DNA from: Raja brachyura
Taxonomy: Eukaryota
NCBI GenBank assembly: GCA_963514005.1
Contig: OY740813.1
Coordinates: 9,734,001-9,798,000 of the forward strand
Length of the DNA stretch: 64,000 nt
Reading direction: 5' to 3'
Position 1 is the stretch's first letter. The number at the start of each line of letters is the position of its first letter. The notes below the pieces were generated by a model. That model ran no database searches. It worked only from the letters and a program-made list of their open reading frames with translations, and was not told where the DNA came from. Both the position numbers and the translations under genes were made by a program. This document shows, in pieces, positions 32,601 through 44,500 of this stretch.

Positions 32601-35600
32601 CAGCTTATGACTGCATTGGATGGGTCCTGGTTTTGCAATGGAAGTGAAGAATGTTGAACAGTTTCCCACGTGGATAGCTTCATTCCAGCTGCAAATATAT
32701 TGGAGAGTAAAGTGAGGTGAGATGAGACCATTGAAGGAATGAGATTTTCATTTACCCTTTATCACAAAAGTTTTTTCAATTCACAAATTCCAAGTGTTTG
32801 TAATTTTATTGGCTAATAGATCACCACATTACTCTTATAAATCCCATAATGCCGTCCATGGTCGGGAAAATATAAATGTCTTGACAGGCAATAATTATGG
32901 AAGATTCAGTAAATTTGTACCTGAAGGATGCAATCAGTCCCTTTGTGCTTGTACAGTTTCTTAGAAAGCAATGGAGTTTGTCCAATGGCTTTCCTTTTTA
33001 GCTTATGCTGAAATGTTATTTTATTTGTGTGATTAAATGCCTTGGACAGAGGGTTCTCAATCACTAAATTAACTAATGCTTTGCATTTCATATTTCCCCC
33101 TGTAGATATAACGGAGAAGTTGGTGATGTTGTTGTGGGCAGGATCACTGAGGTATGATCAAACTCATGTTTTTTAATTAGTTAAATGAGTTTAAGGACAT
33201 GTATATCTTGAGGCTTAGAATTAGCACCAACTGCACCAATAAGTAGCATATCCCAGAAGTTCATTGCTAATTGGGGGAATTTATGTTGTCAAATAGTTAA
33301 AATCATTTAAAAGGTAAATATATTTTAGTGTGATGTGGGGATAGGGCAGGCAGTAGAACTGAAGTTAATAGCATCAAAGCCATAGATAAAGTTATGTGAT
33401 TTGGCCACAGTTCCAGTGCAAATTTAACTGGTCAGTGCAACTTGATGTGTTTCAACTGGCAAAGAAAATTTGGTTCAGGATTGTGAACCATCAGCAAAGG
33501 CACTTGAAGCAACATAATCGGGCTTCTTGTGGAGGCTTTAGCTTTAATTAGATAGTTTACATTAATTCTATTTTGTTAGTGATAAAATAGCTGCCAACGG
33601 ACTAAAAAAGATTTAGGAGATGAAATATTACTTATTTAGAGAAATTACAGATTTGGAAAGGTGATGTAGCTGATTGCATCATAATTTTTAAATGGAGTTA
33701 AATGTAATTTAATAAATTCCTCATCAAATACCTCCGAAAAGCTGGGAGTATGGGAGTGAGTCTGATTGCTCCTTCAGAGAACCAGTTTGTAACAATGAGC
33801 CTAACTTCAGTCTCCTGAAGGAAGATTCTTCATACAAGGTGAACAAATCTGAATTGATTCATTAACAAATTACTTCTGTTTGCTATCACATGGTGCAAAT
33901 ATAATAAGGCATGATTTTTATAAATGATTTTTATTTTCTCAGACCTCAAACACCCAACCATTTGCCTTCTACTTATCGATTTACTAAGTGTACTGCACTT
34001 TTACCTGGGCAATCACTTTGCACATGTACTTCTAGCAACTTGGACCATATCTTGATCTCCTCCAGTGCTCCCTTAGTTTCAACATTACTAATATTTCAGC
34101 ACGGCCTCTTTCAGCAGAGTCTCGTCAAGCCCTTTTCCTGGTTTTAAAATCCTACAAAAACATTTCCTTCTTAAATCTGTAGGTTCAACAGAAGCGCTGG
34201 AAAGTGGAAACGAACTCCAGACTCGACTCTGTGCTCCTCCTCTCTTCTGTTAATCTTCCTGGAGGAGAACTGGTGAGTAAATTAGGTATTAGCATTTCTT
34301 TGGTAACCTTTCATATTAGCCCAAAGTTCTCAATTAACTACTTTAAATATAATCACTGATATAATGTAAGAATACGAGTTAATTTATACGTTGCAAGATG
34401 TTTCAAACAGCAACACGATAATGATCAGATCACTATTTTAGTTATGTTGTTATGGTTTGGATAAGACTCTCACTGCACATCTTTAAAATAAAAGAGAAAT
34501 CTTCACCATCCTTGGGTTTGAATTCTCCGGAGGAAGACAGAACCCGGTTGTGCAGTGCCGTCTTTTGGGAGACTAATGTTTGTCTTAAAGCACTTCTTTC
34601 TGTATTTTTAATGCACACTTTTTATCCTTGCAGAGGAGGAGGTCTGCTGAGGATGAACTGATGATGAGGGACTACTTGCAGGAGGGAGACCTGATCAGTG
34701 TATCCTTTTTACTGACCAGCATGGAGCTCAAAGGGCTGATTTCTCCACTGGATGCTCCCAGTATAAAATGGAACAACTCAGTAAACCATGGTCTAGAAGA
34801 GATACTCTTTTGCTGCCTTTTAAGTTAAACAGCCAGCTGGCAGGATTGGGTTAAAATTTCCAAAATTAAAAATAAACAAAGGAACTTGGACAGTCATGGC
34901 CTAGGACATCAGTTGAAAGAGAAATCCTTTGACATTTTGGGTCAACGACCTTTAAAAAGAACTGAAGATCTTGGAAATCAAGTTAGTCTAAGTAACAAGT
35001 TGTTGGAAGGCAAAGGATGGAACAAAGAGAATGTAAACATGCTCTTGTAATTTACAATAAAGGGATCAATCATTTATTAGTAATTGTATTCAATATTTTT
35101 CACTTGTGACGGATTAGGTATTTATAACAAGCAATGACCACTCCAAAATCCAAACATTTTAAAAAAGCATACTAATTTTTCTTATGCTCTTTCTGCTTGT
35201 TCATAATGTTCCTTATCATGCATTCAGGCAGAGGTACAAGCTGTGTTTGCTGATGGTGCTTTGTCCTTGCATACCAGGAGCCTAAAGTATGGAAAGGTAA
35301 GGAGATGCATAGTCCATTTATTTACAAAAGTCAAACTTCTACATCACATTAAATGCTTGGAATTTCCACACAACTCTCATTTACATACATTTTTCACATA
35401 TTAAAGTGTTCCAGACAGTCTCATCTGTATGCAAGGAGAACATTTTAGACTTTGGGATAGGTGATGAAAAACATAGTCATGAATACAGCTTTGAAGGAGC
35501 ATCTTAATGGAGGAGGGGAATGGAGATGTTTACGGTGGGAATATCAACTAAAATTAAGACCACCAGCCTTGAAGGGGCAGAAATCAGGGATATAAAGAAT

Positions 35601-37605
35601 TGGAGGAGCGCAGGGATTTTTATATTGCAGAAATTAAGGGATATAAGGCATTGTTTATCAAAGCTTGTCCCTGTGTGATGCACTGTAGTTAATCCCATAT
35701 GCATTTTTCCCCTTTCTAATCTCTCTTTGGTGAGTTGGGACAAGGGACTCTGGTCCAAGTCTCCCCTTCCCTTGTAAAACGTCGAAAGACTCATTTTCAC
35801 AACCTGCCTTGTGGAGCAGCCATCATTCTTGGAAATAACGGCTATATTTGGATTTATCCCATCGCTGAACAGAAGGAGGATGAAGGAGGATTTGTGACTA
35901 ATTTTGAGGTGAGGGATCATGACTGACTATATTGTGTACAGATCTGGACTGCCTACCCAAAGAAGGATTACCTTGCAGTAGAGGGAATGCAACAAAGGTT
36001 TGCTTGTTTATTTCCTTGAAAAGTGGGTTTGTTGTCATGAAAAGAGTTTGGGCAATTGTTGGGGTTTACAAGAATTAAAGGTGAAATTACAACATTTTTA
36101 TTTACTTGGGCTTGACAGGATAGATGCAGAGTTAATAGTTCAGCTGCCTGGGATGGCAAAAAGCAGGGATTTCTTTCTTAAAATTGAGAGTTAAATTAGA
36201 GGGCATTGTCCATAAGGAGAGTTTAGATAGATTGTTTTTCCTGAAATTTCAGAGGTTGAGGGTAGACCCGATAGAAGTATAGAAAATGTCAAAAGGCATA
36301 GATAGAGCAAACAGTTAGAACCTTTTCCCCCTTGGACGATGTTTGCAACTGCAGGGGATGGGGGATGAGGCGGCAGTGGATTCCACCACTTGCTCTCTGT
36401 GACTCCGTTTTACTACAGTGACACTGACTATAGTTTTAACTGTTTGAAAGTTTGAATATCTTACTCTTGGTGCACCCGTTCTTCCTGATTACAGCCGGTT
36501 TCTTTATCGGATAGAGAGGTCATCTCACGACTCCACAATTGCATCTTAGTCCTGAATATTCACAAAATGTTGCTTTATGACACCAGCGTTCTCTACTGCT
36601 ATGAGGCATCACTGCATTACCAGGTAATATATCCAAAGTAGAATGGCTTTGGCACAGCATGGCTTTGATTCGCATTCAACTATTTTTCTCAGTTTTAAAT
36701 TAACATATTTAAGTATATAACCACTGTCACGCATTCCAAGTAATGATTTACAGAATTTCAAAGGCCAGATGTCTCCCAATTGGTTATTTTAGGGGAGGCA
36801 CTGTTCCAGTTAATGTATATATATATTACAGCACAGCATCATCCATTGAGGAGGCCAACATGTTTGACTCACAGCAAGTGGAGTCAATCTATTTGGAAAA
36901 TTGTATCAGTTTGACGAGCTGAGGAAAAAGACCCGACCGCAACTTCTCAGAATAAAAGCATTAAAGATGTAGTGAATACAGAATAGTTAAATCAATTCCC
37001 TTGATAAAATGAATCAGTCACTTACAACAGTATACAATAGACCGGGATGGAGAATGACCTGCTTTCATCTGGTTTTTAGTGTTCTGAGGTAGCGGAGGAG
37101 GCCACAGATGGGTGGGAAGTACCCGGTGGGATAGATGGAGGAGCAGTGTTTTTGAGGTGGTGTACTACTTATCATTTAGGCAGGGATTCCATGTTCCTCC
37201 ATTGCATGAATTCAAGGTTTCTTAGCACCATCTTGCGTGCTTCTGCTTGCATAATGACAATATTTTGAAAATCAAAAAACTTCTGTTAGTTTAAGGGAAA
37301 AGATACCTTTTAGTTGGTTTGTGTAACTGCAAAAATCACCATTTCATATTTAAAAACATGCATTTAATTGAGAATGAGCATTTGTAAAAGTGAGTGGAAC
37401 GTTATATTTAGTTATCTTTAAACACAAATAAATGTTTAATGTGCTGACTGTGGACCTACACAATCTAATGGAAACATGTCAACAACATACATTTGTTTTC
37501 CTCATGTTATTTTTTTAATTACAGATTAAAGATATTTTGAAGCCAGAAATAATGGAAGAAATAGTGCTTGAGACGAGGCAACGCTTAATCAATCAGGAGG
37601 GCTAA
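29494..37605 (+). CDS. EXOSC2: Exosome complex component RRP4 (EXOSC2), complete, 290 aa. join(29494-29609,30950-31051,33106-33151,34183-34272,34634-34699,35228-35296,35735-35908,36495-36623,37525-37605)
   Basis: 873 nt open frame. [99 protein letters not shown] (KH region), IKDILKPEIMEEIVLETRQRLINQEG*. Confidence 0.97.
29980..30023 (-). ncRNA. Minimal type I hammerhead ribozyme, antisense in EXOSC2 intron 1
   Basis: Same intact core at 30015-29988; stem I AGAUAUGU/GCCUAUCU pairs 7 of 8 including one G-U. Confidence 0.55.
30950..31051 (+). CDS. EXOSC2: EXOSC2 exon 2
   Basis: ttccag| RGHGTYMEDEKLIASVAGAVERVNKLICVKPLHT AG|gtaaga. Confidence 0.95.
31088..31366 (-). mobile_element. HE1/V-SINE-like SINE
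   Basis: Reverse-complement V-domain and tail. Confidence 0.72.
32105..32377 (-). mobile_element. HE1/V-SINE-like SINE
   Basis: Reverse-complement V-domain and tail. Confidence 0.75.
33106..33151 (+). CDS. EXOSC2: EXOSC2 exon 3
   Basis: ctgtag| [16 protein letters not shown] |gtatga. Confidence 0.95.
34183..34272 (+). CDS. EXOSC2: EXOSC2 exon 4
   Basis: ctgtag| [30 protein letters not shown] |gtgagt. Confidence 0.95.
34292..34530 (-). mobile_element. Ancient Deu-domain SINE remnant (similar pieces near 17040-17290, 25505-25740, 45040-45330)
   Basis: Reverse complement ATCTGATCATTATCGTGTTGCTGTTTG resembles the Deu domain as recalled. Confidence 0.4.
34634..34699 (+). CDS. EXOSC2: EXOSC2 exon 5
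   Basis: ttgcag| [22 protein letters not shown] |gtatcctttt (U12-type donor). Confidence 0.95.
34700..35227 (+). other. U12-type (minor spliceosome) GT-AG intron, EXOSC2 intron 5
   Basis: 5' site GTATCCTTTT matches RTATCCTT; branch-like TTCCTTATC at 35209-35217, about 10 nt before the CAG. Confidence 0.88.
35228..35296 (+). CDS. EXOSC2: EXOSC2 exon 6
   Basis: attcag| [23 protein letters not shown] |gtaagg. Confidence 0.95.
35735..35908 (+). CDS. EXOSC2: EXOSC2 exon 7
   Basis: ggtgag| LGQGTLVQVSPSLVKRRKTHFHNLPCG...GGFVTNFE |gtgagg. Confidence 0.92.
35935..36330 (+). mobile_element. Degenerate CR1 fragments
   Basis: CVQIW...LAVEGMQQRF-like coding. Confidence 0.6.
36495..36623 (+). CDS. EXOSC2: EXOSC2 exon 8
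   Basis: ttacag| PVSLSDREVISRLHNCILVLNIHKMLLYDTSVLYCYEASLHYQ |gtaata. Confidence 0.95.
37525..37605 (+). CDS. EXOSC2: EXOSC2 exon 9 (stop TAA 37603-37605)
   Basis: ttacag| IKDILKPEIMEEIVLETRQRLINQEG*. Confidence 0.95.
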   Translation: MKDILKPEIMEEIVLETRQRLINQEG

Positions 37606-37641
37606 CGTCAACTGCCGACTTTATTTTTGTTAAATATTTTG

Positions 37642-37647
37642 AATAAA
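37642..37647 (+). terminator. Probable EXOSC2 polyadenylation signal
   Basis: AATAAA 36 nt after the stop, U-rich upstream and GT-rich downstream (gggtttgtct). Confidence 0.65.
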
Positions 37648-38964
37648 ACATTGTAATAGACTGGGTTTGTCTACCAGAGTAATACATAACTGACATTCAT
37701 AAACTGTCTAATGTTGTAAAAATCCATTTACATTACTATAAAGTTGAATATTGACCCATTGAAAGAATTAGCTTCCTTTGTGCTGTGTGGTAGGCCTATT
37801 GAGAATAGCCATTAAGATTTTGAAGTTGAAAGTTGAAATCTCCTTTAAGATCTGTCCACTACCAACTTGCACTTTAATTTTGATAAAATCATTTGCAAAT
37901 TATCTCAGCCTAGCAACCATTCCTTCGGATTGTAAACATTGCACAAGACACTTTTTTGTTTATTGGTATTTGAGTGCAAAAGTTAGATCCAGTAATAGGG
38001 GACTGGTTTCCAAACAGTATTGTGTGTGACATGAAGCTACAGTTGGTGATGTTCTGCTGCACTTGCTGTCAGTGGAAGACTATATGGATTTGCGAGCTGT
38101 TATTTGAGTAGCATATGTGTGTAAAGCTAATACACTTTAGATGGTACTCATTGCAGCCATGCTGCCAGTTGGGGAGGGGGTTGGAAATTAAGCGAGTAGG
38201 TGGAGGTCAGTTATGGGCTTCTGGAGAGATGTTGGTGATGTACTTCTCCAGGCAAATTGAATCGCAGTCCAAACTTATAACTGCAGATTGTGGAAAACCT
38301 CTTTGGTGGCAGGAGGCTAGTCTTTAACTGCAGGAAAGCCAGCCTTGGCCTGATCTTGCAACTTGTGGTAAAAAAAAGTGATAGGATGAAACCAGGAAAC
38401 TATAGATTAGTCTAATATCTGTTGTGGGGGGGAAAAAAGTTCATTATTAGGGAAAAACTGACTTTGAAATTTAATGTTGATCAGAGTAGTTTAGAATATT
38501 ACCTGATTAAGTTTGATTTATTTTTTGAACAGTCACTGAATTGGTGGGCAATATCCTGTACTTTGTTTGGCTGATCAAAAATTGTAGCACAGAGATTGAG
38601 TTAGCTGCTCTGTAACAGTCCATTAGCTTAAATTCCAAGTAATACATTTTAACTCAAGAATGGCAAGATAGGGCAATTTGTTTTTGTGTGGGATGCTGTA
38701 CCACCTGCAGGCCATTCAAATACTGTAAATGCAATCACTGTTTTTAGTGACAGTAAGTTTCTTCAAAATAGTGTAATGCAGTTGTTTACATCCATCGAAG
38801 ATAACATGTCTCACCTGATTAGTGTACTATACCACTCAGTACAAAGACTGAGCAGATCATTTGCATTGGTTTCTTCAGCAAAACGTGAGCAGTTTTCTGA
38901 CTAAGGAGAACTACTCATTGAACCCTGGCTGATATTCAACCAGTCAATAGGTCTCTGGGGATAA

Positions 38965-39054
38965 GACACAATATGCTGGAGTAACTCAGCAAGACAGGCA
39001 GCATCTCTGAAGAGAAGGAATGGGCGATGTTTCGGGTCGAGACCCTTCTTCAGA
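38965..39054 (-). mobile_element. Penelope-type terminal repeat with mutated hammerhead core
   Basis: CUGAAGAAGGGUCUCGACCCGAAACAUC on the minus strand. Confidence 0.65.
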
Positions 39055-41264
39055 TTCTCTGAGGAACCAGATGTTCATTATGCAATGGCAGACAGCTGGA
39101 GAGGTGTGCATCACTCGAGTGTTTCATTTTGGATAAGTAAAAAGCCATCAATCATCATGTACATAAACAAACTGTATTTGACCAGAAATTAAAATTGCAC
39201 CATAGATGTTACAGATACAAAAAGACACTTACACATACAAGGAATACATTAATCACCCAACACATTGCTGGTAATAGAGAAAAATCAATGGTAATAGTGG
39301 CACATTATGTTGTCCAAATAAAATAAAACAGTACCCTGGCAAAAAAGAATAGATTCTGTTCTTAACAAAAGGCAACTTGCGTGCGATTTCTATTTTTGTT
39401 TCCAACTCACAGTAAGGCCTAGAGTGATAAGAGGTCAGAACATGATACTAATACTGAAAATGTCTTTAAAACTGTAAATTTGAACCAATGCGATTGAAAA
39501 TAATACCGTACGCACAATCATATTGCAGAGAGGTTTTATTTTGAGGGGTTAATTCCAAAGTGTGTTCTGAGCAAGTTTTGAAAAAAAGGTCTGCCTCACA
39601 ATATTTATAAGACCGTGCGTGTCCACTGGCCCAGGAGCCAGTGTCTGGCCACATTAACAATCAGGACTCAATTGTTACTGTGTGTCTTTACATTGGGTAT
39701 TAGATGAGCAGTAAACAATTCCAAATTCATGTCAAACAACGGTTTCAGAATTGGCAGAATTTTAATCACGCTGAGCACAGGTAGCAGCTGCTTGTTGCAC
39801 TTGATGTTGGAATTATTTATTTCTAAAGAAGGATCAATAATTTATTTTCTGTCTCCAGACTGCAAGCATGGAGGATAAGCACATGTCAGGAAGGGCAAAT
39901 GATTTGAGACTAAAGTTTTGAAGAGGGATGTTGGAGCCACACATTTGTACGGCACCCTATTGCAAGAATGATACTGCCAAACATCTCCTCACTTAAGCCT
40001 ACACTCATTAGATGTCTCACAGTACTCATTAAAAAAACAGGTTATTTCTGGAAAAGACACTGATATAGGAAGCTGGGACTGAGATCGCCTACATTGGTCA
40101 ACTGATACCATCTCGAAAGGATTTGTTTAAGGACATGTTATTCTTTGGGGATATTTATCTCTAAAACGTCAGGTTAGGGTGTCTGAATGCCTGGAGCTCA
40201 TTAGATTGATAGATGTGTACAAGTGAGTGAAAATGGGAAGAGGAGGCCAGGGAAAAATAAAAACGTAAAACCTGAGACAAATAAATAAATAAATAATGTG
40301 CTCACCATGCACACCCACCATACCCTGGTCACCACACACAGCGTGACCTGTATTATATTAGGTGCAGAGGATAACTCACAGCCATGACTGCCAAAGATAA
40401 ACTGCTGGAAGGAATTTTGTGGCAACATCAACTTGCTTTATTATTTTAAATTCCCTTCTTGAATCATCACAACAGACTCAATGTCTTCCTCAGTTTCAAG
40501 GGACAAGGTTCCAAGCCCATTCAACAGCTCCACAAAATAAACCTTGTTCTAACATAGGCTTTTTAGGATAGGATAAAATGAATTATTCCAGATCACACCC
40601 TTACCTCCCTTTACAAAGCACCGTAATTTCATTTCAAGTGCTTCGGTTTTTTAAAAAAGTGTAGTATTTTGAAACGTAGCCATGTTTTTGCATAATGTTA
40701 TTAGAATAACAACTACACACAAATATTCAGAGTAGAAAACTCGAATCAATCTGAAAACTCTAATCACGAATGAGTTTTTCTTTGTGTGGGGGGGGGGGGA
40801 AGGTGGGAAGCAGAAAGAGGGGGAAATCTGATAATAATGAGGAATCTTGGTTGTAAAAAAATCTAGAAGTGTTTTAACACTTCAACTGGTCTCTGGAAGG
40901 GAATTTTTTCCAGTACAACTGCTGGACCAACGACGTTTCATATCACAAACTAAATTGCAATTATGTGCACCTATTTAACAATAAAATAGACATTTGGACT
41001 GTTATATGGACAGCAAAGGTTTAGAGGGAAATGGGCCTAAATTTGATGGCATCTTGGTCGGTGTGAATCAGTTGGGGCCAAGAGCCGGTTTCCTTGTTAC
41101 GCGACTAATATTAACCATACACTGAGCAAATTCCTAACTATGTTCTCAAATGTGCCTTTGGTTTACTGGCATCTCTATCAAATATATATCCATCCACTTC
41201 TTTTGATTTAAAAACAAGTGATTAACTGGTAACTTGTTTTTTAGCCTATCATCCTGTCGAGACA

Positions 41265-41571
41265 CAACAGTGGTCCAGCGGTAGAGTTGCGGCCTCACAG
41301 TGCCAGACACCTGGGTTCAATCCTACCTCCGCGTGCTATCTGTACGGTGTTTGTACATTCTCCCCTTGACTGCTTGGCTTTTCCTTGGGTGCTCTGGTTT
41401 TCTCCCACACTCCAAAGACCGCAAATGTATAGGTTTGTAGATTAATTTGCTTCTGTGAAGTGCAAATTGTCCCTAGTGTGTAGGATAGTGCTAGTGCTGG
41501 AGGCGATCGCGGGTTGGTGCGGACTCGGTGGACCGAAGGCCCTATTTCCGCACTGTATCTCTAAAATCTAA
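41265..41571 (+). mobile_element. HE1/V-SINE-like SINE, near full length
   Basis: B box GGTTCAATCC, V-domain, GCACTGTATCTCTAAA tail. Confidence 0.8.
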
Positions 41572-44500
41572 AGCAAAACTCCACAGACCCTGAGCAAAGT
41601 CACAAGTAACCCACCAGTTAAGTGTTTCCAGATAGTCTTCATTTTCTGTTTCATCCTAAAAAAATAAAAAACCCTCCTTTTGTTAACTCAATTTATCTAC
41701 CTCGCGATGGTGGCACTTGACACCAGGGAGAAATAATGGAACGAACCTGACTTTAATCATGTTATTTTAAAAGTTCATATTACCACCACTGCACATCATA
41801 GGTCAGACTACATTCTGATAGGAAATTGCGAGTGTACGTGCTTGGTCCCAAACATCCGGAATCCCAGATTTCAAGCACACAATCAAGAGGCAACATCAGA
41901 ACGTAATGGCTCTCCCTGAAAGTCCGACTTAACTGAGGCTCGTGCCTGTCTAAAAACACTGGGAAGAGAATGGAACAGATTGTGCTGGAGTTAGAAGAGA
42001 GGATTGATACTTTTAGGGGAAGGTTAGATAACAGGAAGGAAGTTAAAGTTATGATGAAATGAAGCAGGGTGGTAGATTATCTTTGCTTCCCCTATTTGTT
42101 CCATACTCTATGCTGGCAAAACAAAACCAGCTAATTACATTCTGTTCCCGCCCCCCCAACTAGTTATCCAACTTCTGCATTCCATGGTCAAAATGTAAAA
42201 CATAGATAGAAAGGTATAGTGAGGGTACAGGCTGGGTGCAGTGTGGGGGTGGGAAGTAAGGTGTGGTGTGGAAGGGGCTGGGCAAAGGATATGGGAATGG
42301 ATTGAACATGGAGCAGATTGCTGAGGGACCCGGGAAACAATGATACATCAGAGATCAAATGGTAAGAGGAGTTGGGGTGTGGAGGAGATATGGGACAAGA
42401 GTGAATGTAGAATAGAGGGACGTGTAGGCAGGCAAGCGGGAAAAAAGAACCCTGGTGAGTGAATGAATGAAGTAACCAGAGTTGATAAAAGGACGAGATA
42501 TTTGGAAATAACATGCACGGGGAAGTATCTTATTGGTGCTGATAGATTATCAATTGTTACCAATTAGATATTTTAACTGTCATCTTGTGGTTGTACAGTG
42601 CTAGGTTTCTAAAGTCACATCGCAATGACCAAGAACACTAACACTCTTTATTCTGCCATTCTGGTATCAACAAATAACTAAGCAAAATAAACCCCAAGCC
42701 AGATTAAAATATCTCTGACATGGATTTCTAACCAGTCTGCATTCCTCATAAACACTCTGGGTTTAGCATCTCAGCATAAGTCTTTGAAAGCTTCTATTCA
42801 CCTAAATTACAATAGGTTTTATGGAATCATTTTGTGGGACAAGTTTCATAAAATATATCATTTTGAGTTAGAATATTGAAGGCTGCCTTGAACATTGTAG
42901 TTGAACAGTATAAAGAGGTTTAATAAATCAGCAATTGGAGGAGAATCCATAACAATTGAGGAAAAACTGGAAGCACGTTTTCATGCAACGTTGAGAGGTC
43001 TTGTGATCGGTCCAACCCTGCAAATGTTCTGGATGCTGGGGAAAGTAGGGCAACTGCAATTTAAGACTAAATTCAATAGATTTTTGTTGAGTGAGAGTTA
43101 AGGGATATGGAACAAAGGTGGCTAAAAGGTGTTGAAGTATGGATAAACCAAAACAGAAAAAAATGGATAGATGATGAATAGCCAATTCTTGTTCCTAACA
43201 GATCAAATCCAGATGCAGTGGACAAATGGATAAATTCATTCTATAATCTGCTTCCTGGTAATAATTTTGTGATGATCTTGTTTTTTTAATCTGACACAAG
43301 TTTACAATAAGGATATTACTGGTGTCCATGCAAATCCATGCACAAGAAGCTGGTGGCATATTTTTAAAGCATTCATGTACGCTGATATTATGCTTGCAAT
43401 CAAATCTCCAATTCCGATGCTGAGGGGAGCCATCAAAACAATTGTAAATAGTTTAACTTAAGAGCATTTGTAGTATTGTTGGGAGGGGTGAAAGAACAGA
43501 GTCTGTACTCGCCAACATTGTGCCTTCTTCCCTGTTACATTGTACTTGGAAACTGAAAATCTCTTTGTACATAAGAAATACTGCTACAGCGGACAGAATG
43601 AAAATAGAGCAGCTTTGGAAATCCAACCAGTCTCAGGAGAATCAGGTGTTCCCGACTGGGTATTTCGGAGGCTAGTAAATCTTCAGTGATCATTATTGTG
43701 ATGAGGGAATCACAAGAGAATAGAGAACAGTTCCGAACTGTTTATACAGGAGCCTTAGCAATGAAGCTAGACCTCAGCGTAGAAAATATACAAGTATTCG
43801 ATTACTTTTCAAGTCTTTTCAGATCATTAAGTGGAATTAAAATAAAGAGGCAAACTCTCAGATTAACATACAGTTTTGACTGATGTGCCACATTTAGCCT
43901 TCCTTCTCCAGATTTCGACGCAGTGCAGTTCTACAATTATAATACAAATAAATCTCATTCTAAGAACCAACAAAAAAATAACTTTATAGTTGAAGAGTTT
44001 GGTGGATGCTGAAGTCATTACACAACTGGATAACAAACTTTGAAAAACATGTTTGGCTGAATCAATCTTTAACTGCTGTACGGAGGAAGTTAAGGCAATA
44101 CTTAATAAAACTAAAGTGTAAAGATAAACTTCACATCTAGACCATCTTGATAATTCACATTGTGCTTCTATGGGTCTCTTTTCCAAGCCCTTAATGATTC
44201 AGAGTGAGAAGTGTCACATATGCTAAGCCAGCTATGGCAAAAGACGACTGCCCCAGAAGCAGTGCATAGCATACACTTTACCAGCTTTATTACAGGCTGC
44301 GTCTGTGTGATGCCATCAAATTAAAACAGAATTTTCTTCCCCCATCCACTGGCACACCCAGCTCACCCCCCCCCCCCTTATCCCAACCCCAAAACAAACT
44401 CATTAAACTGTGAGTTCACACTGTCACCAGGAATGAGATTATCAGCGGGCGGCCTTGATCAAAGGTCTCGACTCAACCCAGCAATTAACAAAATACTTAC

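Noticed and set aside
41265-41330. tRNA-like A/B boxes
   Set aside because: Head of a SINE, not a tRNA gene
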